Origin: Ptychomitrium polyphyllum
Taxonomy: Eukaryota
Direction: 5' to 3'
Assembly (NCBI GenBank): GCA_973851085.1
Contig: OZ316776.1
Location: forward strand, 10,044,001 to 10,108,000
DNA length: 64,000 bases
The notes beneath the pieces are model-generated. The model had not been told where the DNA came from. It saw nothing but the letters and a program-made list of their open reading frames with translations, and did not search any database. The stretch's first letter is position 1. Every line of letters begins with the position of its first letter. Below, piece after piece: positions 47,326 through 58,144 of the stretch. The translations under genes were made by a program, and so were the position numbers.

Positions 47326-50092
47326 ATGGCGAGAATGTTTGGAAGTTCTCCGAAAGAACAGGCGGAGCTTCTTAAAGATCAGGGTAATTCCTATTTTAAA
47401 AAGGAGAAGCTTGGAGCTGCTATCGAAGCTTACACACAGGTATTTTACTTGACATCTTGTCAGTTGTGGCTTCTTGGCTGGTATACTTCAATTTTATTTG
47501 TAAACTTTTTTGGTTCTGTTTTCGACAGATTATTACGAATGTTGGAAGTTTTAGTACTCCTACTGGAGGGAGATAGTCAACACCATGTCTGGAATAGGCT
47601 TGTTAAGGATTTCTTTGTTCATCAACATTATTAGTTTGTTGTATTTGAGAAATCTTGATTGATATATAGCAATGGGTGAATTATTTCTTTACGGTTAACT
47701 TCAGGTGTAGCCCCGTATCATACTAACATCATACTTTTACGGAACTCTCTTCTCTATGTTTATGACAGGCAATAACATTATGTCCAAAAGTTCCTGCATA
47801 TTGGACTAATCGTGCTCTTTGTCACAAGAAACGGAAGTAAGTAACCTTTTTCTTTCTCTTCTCTTAGCAAACGATTTGATTCTTGTTTCACCTTAAATTA
47901 TTTTCATGTGCCTATCATGTATCCTGTTGTTCGCATTTATCTTCGAGGAAACCAATAGGTTTGTTATTGCATGTCTTTGCTTTTCTGAATTAGTTCTTTA
48001 CTTTGCTCGGTACTTTCTGTGCATCGGTACTACAGTAGTTGCTTGCAGAAATAGTTGTTGTAGACAGATGTCAAAGATATTTGTGAGATGTGGTTTATTC
48101 ATGGTTATATTGATTGCGTTCTCTAAGTACAAAAACACTTTTAAATTCTGCAGTGAATGGCATGAAGTTGAAAGTGATTGTCTGAAGGCGTTAGAGCTTG
48201 ATAACAGCTCAACAAAGGTATTTGTGTACAATATATTCAAAGTTCCAGGAAGTGTTGTAGTACATCTTTTTATCATGATGCTCTGCCGACGCTTTATATG
48301 TGGGGCGAAATACCAAGCTTTATATCAACAGAGGGAGATTATTTTTTGCTGATGTACCTCTTTGTTGATTAAACTGTAGTTTGTCCACTGCAGGCACATT
48401 ACATGTTGGGGTTAGCTCTGTTGGAACGGCAACAGTATCATGATGCTACGGTGCATCTTGAAAAGGTACACTTAGGATATACCCTCTATTAGCTATAGTT
48501 ATGTTTCTGAAGCAAGTATGTGCGATGAATCAAAAATATAGGGCTCAAAATTTTTTCTTGAAACTGTGTGGGAGTATACTTTAACAAAGTTTGGCTTATT
48601 TAACTGTACTTGTGGGTTTACAGGCCCTAGATTTAGGAAGGGGAGCCACCGGGGGTAGTTACATGGTAGAAGAAATTTGGCAAGAACTTGCAAAAGCTCG
48701 ATACGTAGAGTGGGTGGCTGAAGCTTCTAAAAGGCAACGCCAGCAACGTGAATTGAAGTATGCATTACTATTTTTTGTTGGTTTGACGGTGTGCAAATCC
48801 GTTTATAGTGACTTAACTTTCTGTGAGCTTTGTCCTAGAATTCTGGACATATTATTAGTGAAAGTGATCAGCTGATGCACATACCAATTCCTAGTGCGCT
48901 TAATTATTGTCCTGCGCTCTATCTCAGCTTGTCTAAGCACGCTGTTAAAGTATGCACGAAGCAGGCTGTATGTTCTAAGTCCTGAGATGTAGAGTTTATC
49001 TTTACTAAGGTGTTAAATATCCCGTGAGATTAGCAGACTAGGCTCTATTAGTACTTCTGAGGATTTTTAAGGTAAAGACTGGTACTGTTGTTTTTATTTG
49101 TGTTTGCATTGCTGATTTTAGTGGCTTAGGCGAAGTTTTATGATTTATAATTATTTGTGAGATACGCAGGCATTATTTATTTGGTCTTCTCAAGGAAGAT
49201 TATGAAAACAATCTCAAGGATCTGAAACTAGGAGCAGAAACAGAGCATGCACAGCCTGGGTACAGGGAAGCTGCTAATGATGTCATTGATTTGACTCATG
49301 ATGAAGGAGTGATGAGCGCTCTTGAAAATGCCTATTTCCCAGCTATGGAATTGCGCTCTACTACCGAAGAGCGGCGCAAGGCAGAAGTTTCCCAGCTAAC
49401 TGAAGAGTTTCAAAATCGTGTTCGAACAATGGAGGAAGTCTTTGATAAAGCTGGTGCTTCGGACAGGCCTGGTGAGGTGGGTATTACTGATCTTTTCAGG
49501 ATCGCCGTGGATCCCCTTGGGACGATGATAAAACACCCTCACTTTGATTGCTTTTTTGGACAAGCATTTCCAGCTGTTTCAGTGATCTATTAGAAGAATG
49601 TGGTTTCAGAAGCTAAGCCCATATTGTAATTGATGCTGGTGCTGCAGGTACCTGATTACTTGTGTTGTCAAATCAGCATGGATATTTTCAGAGACCCTGT
49701 TATCACCCCAAGTGGTGTGACATATGAGAGAGCTGTTTTAATGGAGCATCTTGGCAAGGTTAGTGTGACCTTTTTTGCAATGTATTTGCGACTACTTGTA
49801 ATTAGTATTGCTGAGGGTAGCTAGCTTGGTTTGATCTTGCTACCCACTTTCCAGAGGGCAGGTGATTCTAGAGAGGGTGTTTTAATATATCCCATCCCTC
49901 GTTATTGATATGTGGAGTGAGCATTGTTTACCATATTTTCAAATTTTGTAAAGTAACAATGTGGTGTAGGTTGGCAAGTTCGACCCACTCACAAGAGCAA
50001 CATTGCATCCTGAACAAGTAGCTCCAAATTTAGCTATCAAAGAAGCTGTGCAAACTTTTCTCTCTCAGAATGGGTGGGCATACAAAACATAG
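47326..50092 (+). CDS. CHIP: CHIP (TPR + U-box E3 ubiquitin ligase), 8 exons, ~330 aa
   Basis: Exons 47326-47439, 47769-47836, 48154-48217, 48394-48465, 48624-48757, 49170-49476, 49648-49758, 49970-50092. TPRs ([31 protein letters not shown]), [16 protein letters not shown]-box [28 protein letters not shown]...FDPLTR...PNLAIKEAV. Confidence 0.96.
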
Positions 50093-51783
50093 GAGTTCTA
50101 TGCTCAAGCAAGCATTTATGCGATATTGCTAGAAGAGCCAGAGGAGAGGAGATCCTGTCGCGGAAGAGGCAAACATGATTTCGAGCGAGATGTTATATTA
50201 TTCTGAGTAGAAATACTGAAACGAATAAGGAGCACTCATTCTTTCATGTACATTATTTAGTCTTTAGGTTGGTGTTGTTCCAACACATCAGCGAAGGCTG
50301 ATGGAGGAGGTGATAAGTTTGTTGAGGGTAATCTGGGGTGTAGTTTGCGATTTGCTCCTCTCTGCTTAGCTTGAGGACTACTCGAAAATCAATTTTGACA
50401 AACGGTAGTCAGCTCGTCAGCACGAATGATTTGGTCATCCGAAGTGTAAACATCTGTAAATGTAGTTAGAGAATGTGGAGGATGAATTGAAGATGTTATG
50501 CACTCATTGGCCAACTCTCTTTACTTTTCCTTTGTCTGCATTTTCACCGAGTGCCAAGTGCTATAGGTGTTGATTACTTGTCTCCGGTCAAAATTCTATT
50601 TTATGGATGTCATGGTTTTTCTATTTTCATACCTCTTGCGTTTTTGAACTGTATGCAGATCAGACGGAGAGCTACGCCTCAGTATGAGTACCGTGTGAAC
50701 TTCGTCTCTACTTCCATGAATACTGTAGAAGGCGTGAAAAGCCTTGTGCCTTCCTACTAACATCGCTATTCATAATCTCGACCAGGTCCAGCACTATACC
50801 ATAAAATGTACGTTTTTGGTAGAAGACTACAGTTTCCCACCTCAAGCAGATGCTGAGTAAACTTTGCCTCTTTTCATAGTCAATGTCGCACATGCAGGTA
50901 CTGTAACTTATTGCCATATTGAAAGGTGCAAAACGATCGATCTCAGAATGGTTGATATTTACAGTCACTTGTCCACTAGCTTCCCAAAAGCCGCGTCTTG
51001 ACTGAAATGTTGACCAAACCAGGATACAATTTATCACAATGCAGTACTGTTAGGAAACTCTGGTGGTTAAATTATAGTTTATAGAGGGAGGTCTTTGTCG
51101 AGTCAGACAGGAATGGAGGATGTAGGACTCCCAGGCATCCTCTGGCTGAGAGGGATTCGGGAGACAAATAGCATAGATACAGGAATCTGCACATACATGA
51201 ATGTGCAATGTTGGATAAGTTCTGTGATTAGGGGCGATCGGAGATGCGCAGGCTTCTTGCAGCTAACTGGTTACAACTGTGTTGAGAGCTATTGTTTAGC
51301 GATGCAGTGGATTTGTTAGATGCAGCTTTTAATCGAATCAGGACTCAGATTAAGCTAGTTGATCCTGGTTTTGCTGTTGAAATCAATCTCCAGGTAACTT
51401 GACTTCTCGTATGACACTCTGAGCAACTCGGCTTTGGGAATTTAAACGGCTTTGAACGTTGTTTCTAAATTTCTTTTCAGCTGCTTTTGTTTTGTGTCGT
51501 GTTTGTATGCGCGCGCATGTTTGCAGTCTGTAGAAGATATTTACAGAGAGAACTGGATAGGAATTGTCGATTGAGGGATATATCCAGAATTGCTTTGCAG
51601 CTCTACTCGGAGCCAAAACTGTGTCGGCGTTTTCGTAGTCACGCTGGCTTGGTCATCTGAAATTCAATTTTTTTTCGAGTGAGTAATGTAAGAGACCAGT
51701 TGGATTTCACTTTAAAGGATGTTTCACGAACTGGCACTTGGGGGTGCAGGACAATATTCAAGAGCACACTGTACTCCACACGA

Positions 51784-54488
51784 ATGGCAGCACAGGGGAG
51801 TTTGTTGTGCCTTCAACGCCGAGTACCGCGTACGGCAGTAAACTTCAGTAGAGATTCGGAATCGTGGAATGGAGTTGCATTGCAGTGGAGGAGTCAGGCT
51901 TATACTGTTCAAATGCATTTGAGAGGTGACGGTAATATCCACGTTTCAGTTCTGACTTTTAACTAAGTCACCGTAGATGGCAGCTACTGATTTTGAACTT
52001 TAAATACCGTGCCATCAGGCCTTCTGCATGAAATGCTGTAATCCATGCTTCAGGATTCCTGATTCGGTAGTTCTGAGGTCTGGTTGTTCGAGTTTCTTGA
52101 ATTTTGTTGAGAGCTGTCATGAACTGATAGAAGCTGGGCATTCAATATGTCCCATCTGCACATTAAATTATGACATGGTAGGCGATGGACTCTGCTATGG
52201 TGAGTTTCAGACCGTTTTCTGGAGTTTGCGCATTGGATTCCCTGCATAACTTAGTTCTTTGTGACTGGAGTTTAACTGCAGATAGTTTTCAATAGCAGTG
52301 GGAGTTTGTTAGTATGAGTCTGCTATGAAGTATAATTCACGCTTCTGAGATACTTTTCATACTTTGGCAGGGCAACCAAGCTCTTGGAACTGTGCACTTC
52401 TTGGCGGCAAACTGGCGTGACTTCTTTCAAAATGCTTGGTAATAGTTTGCGAATCATTGTCGGTGTATGCTCTTTAGTTAATGCATTGGCTTGAAAAAAC
52501 GTCTATATTAGCTGCGGTTTTAGCACATGCATATTGCAAATAAACTGAGCCATGAGATGGGTTGGAATTAGGGTAGGAACAGTAAACCACTGCGAAGAGA
52601 GCTCCTTCACATTGAGATTACGTGCAAAGCTGGTGCTGCAGATCATAGTGAGAAAGCTCAAGAGGTATGAAACATGGCCACCAGTATACTTCGTGAATTG
52701 TACGCACCATTCTTGGAATATTGGATGCAGAGTAAACTGAAACCCGAGACCTTGGCTACACTGCAGGCCGTGTCCATACTCACGGGTTTGAAGAAGTGGG
52801 CGGATGCCTTGAAGCATATCAACGTTTACATCCCACATGCTGTGTTGTTCAGCACCGTGCTGGCACTCTCTTACCCATTGTCGATCACATAGTTCACCAC
52901 TAAGTAAGACCTTAAACCTGGATGCCAGATCTTATTGGAATGAATTGGTACTTAAACAATTTCAGACTCACGTGATTAGTTTCTAAATATCATTGATTTT
53001 TTGTTCTTTTAGTAGGGGTTATGGAAGGACACTATGTAGGGTTACTTGGTCGTGTGCAGTGTTAGATTTTTATACCTTATTCTTTGCAGGTACTATACAC
53101 CTGCTTTGGGGTTCTTAACGTTTGCGGTGGGTGTAAATTTGAGCATTGAGGACTTCGAGCATGCTGTTGAACGACCTGGCCCAATCACCTTGGGTTTGGC
53201 TGGTCAGTACGTTTTGAAGCCGTTGCTGGGCGTGGTGTTTGCCGACCTTGCTGTCCGGATTCTTCCACTACCTGAAGCAGTTGGCAAGGGTAAAACCAGC
53301 TGCAATTGAGTTGGAAATTTCTTAGAGCAGCATACGAGATGAGCTGAAGATTGGCAGAACTTGTCAAAAGTTTATAATCCAGGATTATCGTTACGTTCTA
53401 AGAGGAGCAGAAGCAATACGCCCCACTGAGTATTGTCACGACAGCTCTTTCGATAGCGTTGGCAGTGGTGGTCACCCCTCTGCTGACCCTGTTGCTCTTG
53501 GGCAAGCGCTTGCCCATTGATCTTGTGGGTATGATCACACGTACCTATTAAGGTATTTCAGTCTCCTCATGACTAACTGAGCATGAAATAGTTTTTATTT
53601 GAAGGATTTTAGAGGTCTGACATATCAGGAGTTTGTCGAAGTTTAATTAAGCTGTTCGTGTTTTACAGATTTGTACCCCAGATCACAAGGTTGGTACGTC
53701 CTATTTTGCCCTTGCTGTCATTGTTGACGACATGTTGGTTGTGAACATTCATGCAATCTGCTCACCTATTGGGCTAGAGATTCTTCTGCCCGTTGTATTG
53801 TTTCATACATCATCCTTCATTGTCGGCTACAAGGTTACAGAAGTCACGTTTCCGAAAGCAGCTGATCTTACTGGCCTTGTAAGAACCATCTCTTTCGAAA
53901 CAGGTGCTTGTTTTAGTAGCATATCCCAAACCTCTTAAGCAGTAGTCTTTGTACAAGTTTACTTGGTGAAGTTCTCGCATTGAAATTGATTAAATTAGTA
54001 CCATGCAATTGTGATAGCTCAAGAGACTCCATCATAACTTTCGGAGAGTAGCTGGTTACAGTTTCTTCTGGTTGAATATAGGCGTGTTGTGTTCATAGGT
54101 ATGCAGAGTAATTTGCTGGTCTCGCGTTGGCGAACAAGTTTTTCCCAGATCCAAATATTGGTTAGCCCTTCGCCATCTCTGTGAGTCACCTATCTTGCCT
54201 CCACTATAATCTTAGACGCTTAACTCATTTTGTAGCACTTAATTGTCCTGCTTCACGAGACCCAGCAACGAGACCGTGGTCAACTCAGTAATAATCTCAT
54301 TCTGTACAAGACGTGGTCTTCTCATTTCTGTTTTTGAGATTATTACTGAGCTGCGTTTCCAACTTGTTCTCCTGAAGTTAAAGGAGACATTAATAGTTGT
54401 GAACATTATGTTATGTACGCAGGTTGTGATCATGTCGTTGAAGGCGTTTGGCTTGGTCATCTATTGGAATAAGCACAAACATCCCTGA
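51784..54488 (+). pseudogene. BASS5/BASS6-type plastid sodium/metabolite (bile acid:Na symporter family) pseudogene
   Basis: Recognisable segments YYTPALGFLTFAVG, GQYVLKPLLG, APLSIVTT...TPLLTLLLLGKRLPID, RTISFETGMQS, VVIMSL. Lesions: TAG at 52890-52892 (conserved Trp), missing SCVSGAQLSN segment, frameshifts at ~53738 and ~54119, TAG at 54163-54165. The 5' boundary (transit-peptide-like ATG 51784) is tentative. Confidence 0.85.
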
Positions 54489-55364
54489 TTCATTTCGGAA
54501 GGTTGGTAGCACCAATTGGGTCGAGTATCTGAAATTACATCTATTGACAACATACTCGAGAGCAGACTCATTGTCTAGCATGCTTCTTCCCATACAGTGG
54601 TAACCATAGTTCCTGTGTAATATGGTATGTAACTCTGCTTGGTTGTAATTTGTAAATAAAGGTTTGCTCTTCTGAATTCCACAGTGACCACAGACTCGTC
54701 TTATACCATCACTTAGTAACTTGTCTTCTCCTGCTTTGTGGGAATCCAATTTCTGTGTCAACCACGTGAGAGTCGAGAAGATTATCTCTGGTCGTTACAT
54801 GCATGCGAAGTTGACAACATATTCATGATCTTCACTGGCAGCAAGGTAGTAGTGATGACCGTACACATAACAATTTCGAGAGAATTCTGTGTTCAGGTTT
54901 CCAATGATTCAAATTCTGGCTTTCACACATGTTGCAGCTACAGTACTCTCTAGCAGACTTGCAACAGGAGTACCTCAAGATTCTAATCTACACTATGATC
55001 CAGACCATTTCGCTGAATCATCAGCATCTGTTAATCGACTCAATCACCTAAATCATTAAGCATCCGTGCGCTAGAATTATCTACAACTAAATGAGTCCAA
55101 CTGTTTCCTGAAAAATTGTGGAACTAGTTACTGCACAAATTCTGCCACAATGACCTCAATCGCCTGCTAGCTCAACTCGCAGCAGCCGGCCCGCGACGAT
55201 CAATCTTAGAGCCCACTTCACGCGCGCATACCCAGGCTGGAATCAGAAAACTCCAACTCACAGGAATGATCAGAGACGGTCGAGAGACATATGGTGGTAC
55301 CACTGACTGACCACAAATGGTAAGGAATTAGGGCGAATGTTGCGAATGACTGCAGCTGAAGTTC

Positions 55365-58144
55365 TCATCGATTTTCAGCGGAGTTGGGAGTCCAGTGCGA
55401 GAGAGACAGGTTGGTAGGGAGTGGTGGAGTGGACGACGGAGTAGCTGGAGGCGATGGCGCGATTTCAATATTGGGCACTTCTTGTCGAATCTCCTCATTT
55501 CTCTGATGCGTACTCAGACTGCTTCGCAATCTTCGTGCCGAGCCGCGACGAATCCCGTCCTGCGGTCTCGTCTGGATGTGGTTCAGCATCTTCAGCACTT
55601 CGGTGATGTACGGCCGCTCTTGTGGATCCTCGCGAGTGCAAAGAAGCGCCACTCCCAGCACCATGGCAATTCTCTGCTGCTGCACGCGGAGCTCGCCTTT
55701 CAGGATCGGGTCGAGGACATTGTGAAGCGCTTTGGAGTTTGCTATCGTTGCGCGGATCCACTGCGGCAGCGTTTGGCCCGCTTCGAGGGACTGTGGGCTT
55801 CGCCCGGAAATCATTTCCAGAACAATGATGCCAAAGCTGTAGACGTCGCTCTTGATCGTGCCTCCCTGCGTGCTTGCGGCTAGCTCTGGAGCTGTATAGC
55901 CATTGGTAAGGGAAACAGCGCCAAGTCCGAGTCCATGACTCGCTAGTAGCCGCTTGACGCCGAAGTCGGCAATCCGCGCCTCCATGAACGTGCTGAAGAG
56001 AATGTTGTTAGGTTTCAAGTCGCCGTGCACGGTGGTGGTGCGGCACTCGTGGTGGAGGTATTTCAACCCCTGCGCTACGGCGATGGCGACGTTGAATCGG
56101 TGCGTCCAGTTAAACTCTCGCACGACCTCTGCCTCTCGCGGGGGGTACATCAGGTTGCTAAGAGTGCCGTTGGGCATGTACTCCATCACGAGCGCCTTCA
56201 CCTCGGGGCTGCAGCAGTAGCCCACCACCATAACGAGCGTCCAGTCGCGGATTTGCGCCAAGGTTGCGAATCCGTCCTCCAAAACTTTCTTCCCGCCTTC
56301 GGTGATCTCCGGTTGAATGTCCAGCCGCTTCACCGCCACCAAGGTAGTGTCCTGGAGGACACCGCGGTATACGGTGCTTCTGCTTCCCACGCCGATGGAG
56401 TTGCGGTCGCTGAAGTTCTGCGTAGCGCACCGGACTTCCTCCTGGGTGAGTTTCAAGTCGAGCTCCGCTGAAACACTCGCCGAGCTGCGCGCTTTGCCAC
56501 TGTAGCGCCGGCGGCAGCATATGTACATGATAACCGCCATTACTACGAACGCCACCGAGCTCCCGACGGATATCGAAATGATCTTCGTCATGGAGCTGTC
56601 CGAGGTCGAGCTCCCAGCGCACTCTCTGCCGACATTGCGCCCGCACAGAGCAATGTTCTGAAGAAAGCTGCGGCTGTTCACTTGGTCGTGTTCAACAAAA
56701 AACGGAACCTCGCCGCTTAAGTTATTGTAGGAGACATTGAGATTCACGAGCCTAGTGAAGTTGACGAAATCCTTAGGTATTTCCCCCCTCAGATTGTTGA
56801 ATGAAGCATCGAAAGTCGTAAGGCTCTGAATTCCTGCAAACGAGGGCAAACTTCCATTGAAGCCATTGTGGGAGGCATTGAAGATTATCAGAGACTCAAG
56901 CGAAGCGACCGTCCTGGGGAGTCCTCCACTCAAGCCATTGCCGCTCACGTCGAGCTCACGAAGCGAAGTCAAGGAGCCCACGGCGTCGGGCAAGCTCCCG
57001 GTGAACCGATTCCTCGAAAGTTGAAGTCGTTGCACGACCAGAGCACTCGACATCGTGGTCGGCAGGGATCCACCCATGCTGTTGTTCGATAAATCCAGAT
57101 CGAACAAACGAGGGAAAGTATCCAGACGCACGACGAAATTTCCTATCAATTGATTGCCTTGCAAATGAAGCGTTGTCAGATTCTCCAAACCCTGGAACGG
57201 AACTACGCCTTGGATCCTGCCATTGCGACTCAAGTCCACCACCGAGAGTCGCGAGCAGGAATTCAACTCGAGAGGAATCTCACCGGTGAGGTTGTTTCCC
57301 GACATGTTAAGCGTCGACAGGAGCTGCAAGTTTCCTAACGACGCCGGAATGGTTCCCGTGAGACGGTTGTTCGCGACGTCGAGCGAGGTGAGGTTGCGGA
57401 GATCTCCGAGAGAAGCTGGAATGTTGGATTCTAAGAGATTGCTGCGGACGTCTAGGATTTCCAACTCCCTCGGGAGCTCCGGCGGGATGGGCCCCGTGAA
57501 GAGGTTGTTGGACAAGTTGAGGCGCTTCAATTGCGACAGCTTGCCGAGGAGTGGGCTTAAAGTGCCCGACAAGCTCATGTTTGAAAGGTCGATGGCGGTG
57601 ACTCGCTTGTCCGTGCAGTCGATTCCCGGCCAGTACTGCTCGGTGGAGTTTCGCATCTTGCACGGATTCAGTGCTTGGTTCCTCCCTTGCCGTTTCCACC
57701 AGTAGGTTATGTTGTTTGGGTCTGCGGTGATCTGTCTCTTGATCTCGAGCAGAACACCAGCGTCTTCCGTCAAGGACTGTGTCAAGCCGTTATCAGCCGC
57801 CTGCCATGCATGATTTCAGCGTCAGTTGTGTAACTTCCATTTGCAATGCACATTGTCTACACACAATGCCTTCTCAAGGACATGGCTGCTAGGACATGGC
57901 TGCTAGGACATAACTGCAAAGAGTAACGCACCAGTAATCTTTTTCCAGTCGTGTCTCTCAATCCGAAGTCATCCAATGAAATGGCAGCTCCTACGCTTTC
58001 AACATCACAAGCAGCGGCCACTAATTCGACGTGGGTAGAGAACACTGCCAGGAGCAGTACGCAGCTCGCCGAAAGAAGGAATGAAGCCAAGCTGTTGTGA
58101 CTTTGCGCCCAGGAGATCGTATTCATTGATCGACCCAGCGCCAT
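55365..58144 (-). CDS. LRR receptor-like kinase, non-RD (LRR-XII/FLS2-like kinase features); exons 58144-57932 and 57800-55365, ~882 aa
   Basis: Signal peptide; phase-0 intron gtgcgt...tggcag; LRRNT (PC...WPGIDC); ~13 plant LRRs; C-cap NIALCG; TM IISISVGSSVAFVVMAVIMYI; kinase VAVKRL, HGDLKPNN, DFG, GYTAPE, DVYSFG. Confidence 0.94.
57877..57911. repeat. 14-bp tandem repeat (AGGACATGGCTGCT x2.5) in the RLK intron
   Basis: Read directly. Confidence 0.85.

Noticed and set aside
55395..57705. Multiple antisense and alternate-frame ORFs over the RLK (also over the peroxidase and HAS1 exon 1)
   Set aside because: Shadow ORFs expected from GC-rich codon usage.
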